Assembly: GCA_049724395.1 (NCBI GenBank)
Contig: JAUGWO010000148.1
Span: 1-64,000, forward strand
DNA from: Spongospora subterranea f. sp. subterranea
Taxonomy: Eukaryota
DNA: 64,000 nucleotides
Direction of reading: 5' to 3'
Shown here: positions 34,537-46,226 of the stretch, in pieces
Layout of the letters: each line of letters opens with the position of its first letter
Numbering within the stretch: the first letter of the stretch is position 1
Translations under genes and position numbers: made by a program
The notes under the pieces: model-generated
What the model saw: only the letters and a program-made list of their open reading frames with translations
The model's database searches: none
Told to the model about the DNA's origin: nothing

Positions 34537-36918
34537 TGCTTATAAATATCACACTAATGGTGTCTAGGGGATATACGCAAGACGTGATTGATTTTGAACT
34601 GGCGCCGATGTGATATCCTCAGCAAATAATCAGGTCACAGCGGGTCAATGGACCTGTCACGCCAAGAGCGCCAAGGCTGATTCGGAAAGACCGTGGACTC
34701 CGTGGAATTCGCGAACTAGAATACGAGAATAATTGCAAATCTCATCGGAGTTGAGTGTTTGGGTTGTTCATCCAGTTGAGGAGTCTTAAATATGGTGGGT
34801 TTCACAACCTGTATAATGTCCTCAATGATGCAAAAGAGCTTCAGCAGCAAAAGCCATTTCTTCGCCATCCCCATTGTGTCTTTGACAATGCAATCGAGCT
34901 CTATGAATAACTAAGTTGTTGCCTTGATAGGAGCATTTTGTCTTCTCGGTATTCTGTTGGCCACGATCGCACGACACTCTTATATCGAGATGCCGACCTG
35001 ATGCGCGGTTAGCAACATTGATATCTAGCGCAATTTCAGAACCGGATATAGTGAAGTTGGGACGAATCCAGCCATGAGCATTTTCTTTAACCCGGTCGCA
35101 AACTTGGTGATTCAGGATCATAATTGACGAAAAAAATTAGATATGGCCAATGCTGAAACCCCCAATGTTGATGAGACATTGCCCGGAACAGTCCTCAGAC
35201 GTGGCTCTTGATTATTCTGGAAACGACAAGGAAAAGGCAGTTGTTGAGAAGCTTATACGGAGCGATCTGGAAATTGTCAAGGATGATTCAGAGTTTCGGT
35301 ACGACAACGCCGCAATTGGTTCAGATATTGGCTTTACTGCCGAATGCGTCCTTTGCAAAAGACAACCTGTCAACAAGAGATGACACTGTCTCGTACGTCA
35401 TTAACCGATCCTTGTCTCTGCCAGGCTGGTCGGCACCAATGGATATATTTCACCCGAATCGATCGAACATCTATGGTACTCATTCGCTTCCAACGTGATC
35501 AGTCTCGGGGAAAGTCCTTGATCCATTTAATTCCTGGAGCAATGCTGCAATCGACGTGATATCAGCCATTCTTTAGCAGATTTATTGAATTATGCCAATG
35601 TTATCGCTATAGACATGTGATCAGACGATCCAGAGCAAATTCGAGCTCGTAAAGGGATCTCAAGAGTATTCATGATTCGCTCAACACATATCAAGACGGT
35701 TTCGACAATGGTTTTTCACTCGGGGTTCGATCGATAGATTTCTCGTCATCCGATGAATACAGTTTGGCCAGTCAACTACAGGTTTGGCAAATAAATCTCA
35801 TCGCTTTTGCCATTTTGTCGATTTGGTCTTGTCGTGAAAGGACCGATGAGCTGTCGACAACCGTGGTAGTTCCCTGATTATGATCTGACTATGAGCTGGA
35901 ACAACATAGTGTCTATCCTTTTTCGCCGTGTTTTCCCATTTTGCGTCTGGGAGTAGGTTTTTGGTAAAAAAAAAACAGTTTTGCTGGGTTGACAATGATG
36001 ATGTGGCTCGTCAACGATTTGCGATTCCTGAATACAATGGAGTTTTGTCGTTCGTGACCTGAGGAATAAGACATGGAGGAACGAAAGGAGTTACACGTGT
36101 TCCCGTGTTTTGTTAACGGGCTCGCACCTCTATTTATTCAATAATTGAACTATTACTTACAATCAATACAGTTCACTTGATTACATCGATCATTTGATAC
36201 GTCCTCGCTTCACCGATCAGTTCGGCCTAACCTCACTATTCGTCGCTTGGTAGGGGCTGAATCTTAGCTGCCTGCAGCATAGTCGAGATGATGTTGCGAT
36301 TCATAGGCAAACTGCACAACCCAGGGCGAACTGGACGGCCCATTGTCTGCGCAACCAAATAGTTCACGACAAAAGCAAGCATCTTCCTAGACTGACGACT
36401 CCAGCAATGCACCAATTGCAGATTCAGCCTCAAGAACTCCTCCAGCCTGATTCCCCTTTTGAAGGAAAACTATTTCCTGACAATAGCGTCTTGACATCGT
36501 ATCGCTACTGTGCCACAATTGGAAGTAGTTTTTCTGACAGATGAACTCCATGAAGGCGACGAGATCTGGGTCGCAAGTTTTTTGCTTGGATAGGTCTGTA
36601 CAGCCGGCCAAATTCATATCATCTCCGATAATAAACCTTTTACTAGCTGACTACCAATTTCGCCTACAAAAGGCAACACGGTGACGGTTTGAAGCGATCG
36701 GATTTGTGAATCCAGCTGATCACAATTCACAACTAGTAAAGATGCCAATTGAGACTAACAAGGACATATTTCGACATTTTTTCTCCCAAAGCGCCATATC
36801 TGATTATCGCGAACAGCCGGTCGGTACCTCATGATCAAATACCGGCCCATGCTCTCATGATCAGCATACTGATATCCCCAATCCCTGTAAAGTTGAATTG
36901 GGCAGATTTAGTGTTGAC

Positions 36919-39528
36919 ATGATGATGTCTTTGCTGATCGGTATGGATGTCTGAAATCTGTTCTGTCTATGGCCGCGTCAACTCAATCATGAACTAGTGA
37001 TGATAATGGCGAGCCCAATATCGTTGATCCTGTCATTAGAAGTGTCAGAACCTGTTAAGGATTCCACCAACGATCATGATAATTCTAATGATTGATGACC
37101 AGGGACATGAGCAGGGTACCCATTGGTGGTTTCATTAGTTCATCGTGGTTTATTTCCTTCAACGCATCTACCGTCACGTTCCTGTGAGTTTATCGCCATC
37201 AGATCATGACTGACATCCATTGTGACCTCCATTTCACAGCAATATGAGCCACAATCGTCTATCAGGGTTTCAAGATGGCTCTGCATTCGCACAATTCACA
37301 TCATTATCAAAATTGTATTTCAGCATCATCGGTCACAATTTCGTATTTCACATTTCTTCACAGGGATTTATCATATAATCAAATATCATCACTGCCATCT
37401 GGTGTATTTGACCGCCTGGAATCACTTCAAACTCTCTATCTTCAGAACAATAATATATCCCAGATCCCAACCTCCCTTTTTCGACACACCCGTCTTACCA
37501 CCTTGTCTGTAAATGGATATCGCCATGATTCTATAGCTTGCTAATTCACCTTCATTGCTCACTGACAGAGATCTATCGTCGAACCAAATTAATTCGTTGG
37601 ATGGACCTTCCTTTCGAGGTCTCGGTCCAACACTGAAATCTTTGTAGGCAATTCGCTCGAGACTTTGGGGATTGGTTAAAAAATAATGATTATCGTAGAG
37701 ATATCAGCCACAATAATCTGACATTCATCAACTCAACGCTTTTCGCCAATCTGACCCAGGTTGAACAATTGTAAGAGCCAATTGTAATAAACTGATGGCG
37801 ACCTGACCGTTATTAGGGATTTAACCAGCGACACGATCACCTATATTGCTCCTGACGCTTTCTCACATCTGACATCGCTCAAGCGATTGTATGTAATCAA
37901 CACCTGCATGTTAGTCAATGTGTAAACTGAATTACGATCAGGCAATTCCGTCAATCGAAGATATCATGGCTTCCTCCAGATCTGTTTGCCAATCTCACAC
38001 AGTACAACACCTCAATGTTAGTTATAACCTGTGTGAGGAATCCCTGATTCTGATATATATCGATCAGTTCATTTGATGATTGGCCTGAATTACAATGTGT
38101 CCCTCGTATGCCGCCTAATTGCATTATATGTAGACCAGGGATAATCACTCATATCTGCCCGTAGGTGTTATCACTTATTTCCTATTGTCGCTATTTTGAT
38201 CTGTTAGCATTGTTAGGTCAACGATGCCGAATCCCCCTAATCGCCCTGCCGATCGACGCCTGGTGACATATCTAAACCTGGCATTATCTGGTGGCAATCC
38301 CCCTAATACGACGAATGCTAGTGGCATAATAGAGGCGGTTCACACCCTTCTATCCACAGTATTACATATTCCTTATGATCAGATAAACCATAAGGTCATG
38401 ATATCGTCCCCTTCAACCAACCGTCCTACCTCGACCTCGATCAGCTCAACCGCACATACACCAGCCACAACTCGCACCATCACCAACCCAACCACTGCAG
38501 CCACCAATACCACCCTGTCCCCAACCACATCAGCTACCAACACCACGTTCCCCCCAAACACTGCAGCCCCCAACACCACTGCAGTCCCAGTCACCACCTC
38601 TGGCCCAACCACTTCAGTCCCAGTCACCACCTCTGGCCCAACCACTGGAGTCCCAGTCACCACCTCTGGCCCAACCACTCCAGGCCCAGTCACAACCTCT
38701 GGCCCAACCAGTCCTACTACCGCAGCTAGCACCATTACCCCCAGCACTACCATCCCTTCCACCAGACACCCTTTATCAATCACACTCCAATGGGCCATCT
38801 ATGCAGCCAACGCCACCCAACGTGTTCGTATTCAGTATATTTTATTGGGCGTATTTGCTTTGGGTGCAGATGTTCGCCAGCGGCTAGCCTCCATTACTGA
38901 GATTAGCCGAGTTGAAATCTACAAATATTGTGATGGTTCTGGTGGCGATAAGGTTGATATGAGATATGTGTGTCCCTGGACTCTGCCATCAAATATTAAT
39001 TATGGATTGATTACTCTCATGAATTTTACTGTCGCCAATGTCATGGTTGATCGATCAACATTCATCACCCAGATACAGGACGAGCTGGTTATCGAGTTAG
39101 ATATTGACCCATCAATTATGTCCATTCCAGGTATTGATCCCGACATCCCTAATAATCTTACGCAAGTCTCATCTGTGTTTTACTCGACGTCATCGCAACA
39201 GCTGAAAGGTCTTCGCACCAAGCTCAGAGCTCTATCCACATCCATTACCCATCCGGGTTGGCTAATGAGAACCCTCATCCCGGATTCAGTGCAAATCTTG
39301 AAATACTGTGCGTCGAACAGTTCACAACCAACAGACATCGATGGTTCTTGCTCAGAATCAACATCCGCTGCGGAATCCGGCAACATCAGCACCACATTAT
39401 GGATTATCGCTGCCGTAATCGTCATCGTAGTTGTGATCTTCTTAGGGTTAGTGGTCAGAGAGTGTTTTATTAAAGTGAGAGGACCAGAGATTCCCAATAC
39501 CACAAGAAAGCCTGGGAGGCGCGTATAG
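36919..39528 (+). CDS. LRR ectodomain, mucin-like stalk and single-pass transmembrane receptor-like protein; 5' end uncertain
   Basis: LRR exons such as DLSYNQISSLPSGVFDRLESLQTL, a Cys cap, Thr/Pro repeats, TM segment LWIIAAVIVIVVVIFLGLVV and a short basic tail. Confidence 0.85.
38581..38712 (+). repeat. Coding 33-bp tandem repeat, four copies (xVPVTTSGPTT)
   Basis: Read directly: gtcccagtcaccacctctggcccaaccact repeated. Confidence 0.9.
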
Positions 39529-39649
39529 TCCGTTCACAAATTGTAAACCAGAGATATGATTGTCGGTGTAGACATGTAAACATTTCCTGCCGTGAAATAC
39601 GATTGTTCAATATACTGACACTGATCACTAACATTGATGTGATATATAT

Positions 39650-40691
39650 TTATTTGCCGAAGTAAAAGTGAAGAAATAAATATGATAGATTTATCCTGAA
39701 TAGGAGCGCGAGTATATATAAAGGGATGGCGATGAAGAGCGGGTACAAAAAGCACTGCGTGTTTTGTAAAAACGGTAATGCTGATAGGAATTCAGATCGG
39801 TCATTGAGGGAGAAAGCGATGGACATACCGTTATAACCAAGAAACGAGACATAATGATAATATGCAAAGGCCAACAGATAGAGGGAGTCGGCAGCTATTG
39901 TCGCAGAGAATGTCTTCAGCAGCAGGAATGGACTCAGATAGAATTGTAAAACGTAGAGGAGAATATATACGGGAAAAAATGCATTGCAATGGACGTCGAA
40001 TGCGTACAACCACTCAACTATCAGACAATTGGGAAGATATGAGAGAGTAGCAACATATTCAGATATCAAAATCATTACCTGATTGACTCACAGTTAATAC
40101 TCTATGAACTTTCATATAATTATTGGCAATGTACCACCCGGCAGTAGCTATTACTGTGCCAATCCCAACAAAATCAAAAAACACGGCGCTTAAGACTAAC
40201 CGACAAAAATGCCATGACGATACGAACCTGAGAGTATGTAAAACGAAGAAAGTGGCAAAATGAATTACGGCACTGTACGTACCCAAAAGCAATGGAGAAG
40301 GATATTGCAGAAATGGACATGAAATACAGAACAATGACAACAAAGGCAGGGTCATCCCTAGCCCACTGATTTTTGATTTCTGAGATATATAATGCCATTA
40401 GAATATTACAACGGATTATTGAATATTAATCTGACGTTTTCTCAATTTTGTACTCTTATACCTAAACAGGGCATGATCATCAGACCAAACAACTAGAACA
40501 AGTAATAAATGGATAGCGTACACAGAACTTGGATTCCTGCAAAGGCTGACCATTTGACTACAAGCATATTGGAAATCCATTTGATCATAGCTCAGTACTC
40601 TCTGTATGAATAAACATGGCGTTAAAAAACAAGAGAGGGTTGGCATATGAGTAAACCTGCCTGAAAATATTCCGGTGCAAGTGGAAAGCAT
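39650..40691 (-). CDS. UNC50: UNC-50/GMH1 family Golgi membrane protein, multi-exon
   Basis: QMDFQYA, KNQWARDDPAF, VEWLYAFDVHCNAFFP, SFLGY. Confidence 0.93.
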
Positions 40692-42374
40692 GGATCGAGA
40701 TTTGCTTAGCGAAAATCTACGAGAATCTAAGAGGGAACAAACCGACTCAGAAAAAAAATGTCATGACAACGTGATCAATTCGACACCTGTTGGCGATAAA
40801 ATCTCCAAACTGGAACGGGGTTGATTAGTTAGAAGTCCCCCTTCTAGCGCATCAATCATTCTGTTATGAGCGGGTTTCAAATTTTCCAACCAGGTTCGAG
40901 GCACTTAACCTATATTTACAGGTTGTGTTTGTAAATCAGGTCCCGCCGCCCCCTGTCGTTACCGCGGTGCAATGTACATTTAACTGTACTGTGTAGCGTA
41001 ATGATGGCGCACACCAGAAGCAGTGAGGAGTTGGAATCTCTCGAAATCGACGGTGCATGTGTATCGTTTCAGCTGGCATTTGAATACACAAAGTGGACAC
41101 GATCAATGCTCTGATGGCGACATATTGTTTTCCGGGCGGGAATATCTATATGGCAAGAACTGTATGCCCACATTCTGTTTGTAGGGCAAAAGAATGTTCG
41201 ATTGGTCGGTTCGCGCAAATCGCATCGATTTGTAATCCGACGTAACACGTATGCTTCAAACGATAATGCTGGCATCATGCATGGCAGCAGCTCATATCTT
41301 TTAAATGAAATTCATTTTTTGTCCAAAGAATCAATTTCGAAATAGAGCCGAGTGTAAGTTTAACTACTGGATCGACATTATGCTGTCCAGAAGTTTGACC
41401 CCAACCTGATTTTCCTAGACTCCAAACGCGCAGGTTTTGAACTGGGATACAACATCTGGACAGCATAGTTACGATCACACGATTGATTACAAAGAACATT
41501 GCTGGCACAAATCAGACCCTGGTGTATATTACACGTTTTTCAATCAAACCTCCGCTAATAGGTCAGATTTCAGCTCTTCCATTGTTGTTCTGTGGCCACA
41601 AGATAAACGAACTGCTCAGGTTTTTTGGGAAAGGAAGACAACACTGATATTGTGGTTCGTGCGGACAGTACTTCAGCTGCACCAAGCCTCTTGTCATCAT
41701 CATGATTATGCTGAGTTTGCTGAGCTTTACATCTGAGGACAATGCGATTTCACAGATTACAGATTTGCACAAGCTACGCAATCCATTGCCGGTAACCGTT
41801 GGACGGATATAGACGTTGATCATTGGCGTCTGATAAATTGTAAATGATAATCGTTATGCACATATTGAAGGCTTCCGAAAATACAACCACATCGCCTCCC
41901 CTCTATCTCCTCCTTTTCAAACACGATAAAGGAAACCGTTTGTCCACGACGGGGGGATCAGCTTCGATTGAAGTTAAGTGTTCCGTTGTCGAGTCAGTTT
42001 ATTGAAGACTTTGGAATGAATGAGGAGTTCAGTTAACGGGAATCCTCATTTGGACAAACACCGTTGATTATTTCAATGATATCAGATGCACCATCAAGTC
42101 AATAATATGCATGGGCCGTGCAGATAAATTCGAACAGGCCTCATCATAGAGTTCAATCGTTGAGCCTTGAAATATTCATTCATGATCAAATCACAAACTA
42201 CAAAAAATACGGTCATTGTTTGCTCGTTGCTTTCGAATAGCATTGCTTTCGAATAGCATTGCTTTCACAATCAACGCGGCCTGATGTAATGGCGCTCAGT
42301 GCTTATTTCTTCTTGACATTGTTTTCAATTGGGTATTCTGGTGAATAAATAATCCGTTGATTGATTGACCCGAG

Positions 42375-43456
42375 TGCATCTCCACATCATCGGTATTTCC
42401 GCTATGGGATCATCCAAAATACCGTTTCCACCATGGTCGTCATTTCATGACGATGCTGTCTGTCGATTTCGCTGATATCATTTTTGGAAATTGGGCATAT
42501 AATGATACCCAGCGTCATTGATCAGAAGGTCAGCAACGCGCTCCGTTGTTACGGCTTGCACATCGGAAGTGAAGTTGGCCGACTAGTTTTTCCAAATATA
42601 GCATCTCTGCCTGGGGCAAAACGGACTGCCACAAGCAGCATCAACTCGATTCCGAACGCGAATTGGTCTGATATTCATATACATCGATATGTTTCCGAAC
42701 GTCAAAATTGATTTCGGGCTGGCTAAGGCTGGCCAATTTTTAAGGTACGTTCGTTCTCAACGATCACGAAAGCAGAGACGTCGAAGAAGCTACTTGGCAA
42801 AAGGAAACTGCCAGGCGCCATTGGTCGACCACGCGGAAGCAAAAACAAGATTCCCAGATTGGGAAACAAAATTGATTCTCAGGTATTTTGGCATCTGGTG
42901 GTCCTTCAAAACCGCTGACGTAGATGTCACGAACACGTGTGCTCTTGACACGTGTTTGATGATTCGTTATTTTTCAAGAGTTTCGATTCATCACTATTCC
43001 GACCTCGTCTAAGTTGTTGCACGAGTGCCTTGATCTGTTAGACAAGGCTGAGTACAAGCGATCCCGTTACGGTGGATGACAGAGGCGATGGGAAACAGAC
43101 CAGAATGGTCTGTTGACCAGACGTGTGATGTCGTTGACGTAATTGGTCGTTATCAGACCAATTCGCGTTCGAAATTGAGTTTGATGCTGCTTGTAGCAGT
43201 CCGTTTTGCCCCAGGCAGAGATGCTATCTTTGAAAAAACCAGTCGATCAACTTCACTTCGGATGTGCAGGCCGTAACAACGGAGCGCGTTGCGGACCTTC
43301 TGATCAATGACGCAGGGTATGATTGTAATGCCCAATTTCCAAATAATGATATCAGCGAAGTCGACAGACCATTTCGTCATGGCTTACAGAAAACCCATGG
43401 TGGAAACGACATTTTGAATGATCCCATAGCGGAAATACCGATGATGTGGAGATGCA
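42375..43456. repeat. Diverged ~300-bp inverted repeat (arms ~42375-42673 and ~43151-43456)
   Basis: Arms are reverse complements with scattered substitutions and indels; their opposite-strand translations nearly match. Confidence 0.9.
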
Positions 43457-44142
43457 ACGGGCACAACACACGTCGATCGTTCAATGTGGAAACTGCATTT
43501 GCATTACTCCGAGTTGAGAACGTCTGTCCAAGCCTGACGAGTCTTGCGAACATTGATAGGTGGATCTGGTTCGGGGATGTCGAATATTCGTTATTTGCCG
43601 TGATCATATACAACGGGTTTCATTTCACAGAGTTGATACTACCTCAGGGCGGTGGCCTGTATTACGACGGCACGAAGTGTCCATGCCTGCGCTGGGTAAA
43701 CATCTCCATTTCCTTCTGGTTACAGAGTTGCACATAGTCTCTACAAAAATACCATACTTATGTCATTTGTCATACCTTGTTGCAGCATATTGTTGATATC
43801 GGTTTAGGGTCAACGTAGCCTGCATGGACGCAAGCAGTACTGACGGCAGCAGCAGCAGCCATGCGATATTGACAATTGTAGAGAAAACGACGGAGCGTCC
43901 CCCGAAGAAACCGTCGCTGAAGAAGCCGCAATTAGGGTTATCGGTGCATATTATCAATGAAAGGCAAAAAGCCTCAATGCAAGAGTTGCAGCGATTATTT
44001 TGAAAGAGGGGAGAGCCGCCGTTTTGAACAGCTGTGTTCTTCAAGAGTTTTGAATACAAACAGCAAATTTCCAGATTTTTTGCTCTCTTTCAATGTAATC
44101 TTTGCAAATTGGCTATTTGAATTTCAACAAGATATCAGATAG
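42689..44142 (+). pseudogene. Decayed USP-like cysteine-protease gene followed by a zinc-finger fragment, probably transposon cargo
   Basis: NTCALDTCLM (Cys box-like), CSSPFCP, YNGFHF...YYDG (His box-like), then CKSC...GE.R; multiple stops and frameshifts. Confidence 0.5.
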
Positions 44143-44461
44143 AGTTCACCCGATATCTTTGAGGTCATAACATAAAAAAAACGCAGCATCAATGTGGTTT
44201 GTAATTCCTCCAAATTTGTTGATTCATGCCGTCAGGAACGACGAGGTCGCGACGAGGTTTTACCTTCATTCTTGGATGGAAGACAATGAAGACACCCTTT
44301 TTAGTACTTTGGCCCCCCGAAGCAATCCAACCCGTCTTGGTTGTTTTATGAAACGATTCACTCTAACATAAGTCGTATTCGGTGATTTGAGTGTGATTTG
44401 TAAACACCATTGACTGGTGGACTGAAGTCCATACAGTACCACCCCTGTTGTCGGGCGGATT

Positions 44462-44538
44462 CAATATTGATCCAAATTGATCCAATATTGATCCAATTTG
44501 ATCCAATATTGATCCAAATTGATCCAATATTGATCCAA
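44462..44538. repeat. Short tandem repeat, 21-bp unit made of alternating 11/10-bp ttgatccaa subunits
   Basis: caatattgatccaaattgatc repeated about 3.7 times. Confidence 0.9.
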
Positions 44539-44948
44539 CACTGTGCGCAGTCACTCACAGATACATTGACGTGTTCCTACAGTGTACCGGCTGTGCTCCT
44601 GCCATCTGGAGCGATACGAGAATTGACCCCTCATTCCTGCAATCTCGTAATGAACTTCCAGTTCATGATCAACGAGTCGATGCCATTCAGGAGGTTTCAA
44701 CATTCGTCCCGTCAAAACTTCATATTTCGTGTACCTATCCAGTAGATGCGCTCGCTGATCGATGCCATCGCTATTCGGGATCGTGCACAACCAGCACTCA
44801 TGGTCTGAAAGAAGCATCACGCATCATCACGCGACGATATCTAGACGTACCGATTACGTGCATGACCCGAAGCGCATGTCTTAACAGGGTTCACTATATA
44901 CGGACGGGAGGGTCATCGTCTGACCAGTTTCGAACGATTGAGACCCTG

Positions 44949-45271
44949 GAGATGGCTTTAACGTCAGATCGGATGAATTTCTTTCTGGGCTACATTCCCC
45001 CAGTTTTCGAAGGAACGGTCAAACACAATATTGGGCTGTGGGGACACCCGTTGACGTGCATTTGATCTTCGTGTTTTTCGATTACGCACTGGTTCTATTT
45101 TTCCCTCTACATATCAGTATCCATACTAACAAACCTCACATCTACTTTTGTTAAATTCACGCACGTCAACGGGTGTCCCCACAGCCCAATATTGTGTTTG
45201 ACCGTTCCTTCGAAAACTGGGGGAATGTAGCCCAGAAAGAAATTCATCCGATCTGACGTTAAAGCCATCTC
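44949..45271. mobile_element. Foldback/MITE-like element with perfect 111-bp inverted arms and a 101-bp spacer
   Basis: 44949-45059 is the exact reverse complement of 45161-45271. CTGG flanks both sides (44946-44949, 45271-45274), a possible 4-bp target-site duplication. Confidence 0.65.
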
Positions 45272-45510
45272 TGGGCAGTGCGACACAACTATCTGAGGCC
45301 GATTTATCGGTTTACAACGCATAAATAAATTGAATTTGCCCATTGTTGAAAAAAAAAGATGCCCAACATTGCGAGAACGTCCAGGGATGAGAGTCGAACG
45401 CCCAGATGTTCGACTCCCCGGCCCTTTTTTACATGCTCAAACGCTCTCATATCGATCCCTTTATCGACGCTACGTTTCGGCTGGTCCCTAAACCTTTCAA
45501 ACAGCTTCTC

Positions 45511-45872
45511 ACAAGTTTTGTTCCCAGTACAAACTTCGATCTTTAGTCAGGTACAACTGGAGGAAGAACGATTGCCGAGGAGTACAGCCTGCAAATGCAG
45601 CGGGAAATTACTGAAATCACGAGATTCCAGATCCAGGATACGAAGATTGCTTTCAAGAATTTTAAATACAAATTTACATGATTGTTTTGAAATCTGCAAA
45701 ATATTGTACACACGACGATACTATTGGATAAAAGGGGTGATTCTGGCTCTTGATTTCAGCAATATTCCGCTGAATTGCCAGGCTGTACTCGTCAACAATC
45801 GTTCTTCCTTTAATTGTACCTGACTGAAGACCGTTAGGTGTCGTCGAAACCTTTACTGGGCAAACAACTTGT
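45511..45872. repeat. Degenerate inverted repeat (core arms ~45540-45623 and ~45747-45830)
   Basis: agtcaggtacaa..ggaagaacgattg..gagtacagcctg pairs with its reverse complement downstream. Confidence 0.8.
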
Positions 45873-45955
45873 ATCTAGAAAATTCGTGGTCAAAGGGGAC
45901 TCTGAATCTCTCTCAAAGCGCTACCTATACGGACTCTTAACAATAAATACCACTG

Positions 45956-46116
45956 GATCGACTTCTTGCGGAGTTATTATTATATTTGCATAAAAAGATG
46001 TCGCAAGCGATAGCGGCTATCATCGCGACACCCCCTAAGCGCAAAGCGGGCGAGAGCCAAGACAAAAGAAAGACCAAGGCATTAAAACGTGAATAATAAC
46101 TCCGCATAAGTCGATC
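45956..46116. mobile_element. Small MITE-like element with ~25-bp terminal inverted repeats
   Basis: gatcgacttcttgcggagttattatt / aataataactccgcataagtcgatc, with an internal hairpin tgtcgc...gcgaca. Confidence 0.5.
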
Positions 46117-46226
46117 ACTTGGACCTCAGACTCTACTTTTTGGGTACCCAATAAGTCGACGCCCTAAAAGTCGACTCCGCGCACTTGGACCAGACCCTTA
46201 CCTGCTACTCCTGTTCTCCCTTATTC

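Noticed and set aside
41790..41930. OTU-protease-like fragment GGDVVVFSEAFNMCITI on the minus strand
   Set aside because: Too short, with no catalytic Cys or His context to support a call.
42228..42266. 16-bp tandem duplication ttgctttcgaatagca
   Set aside because: Ordinary local slippage of about 2.5 copies.
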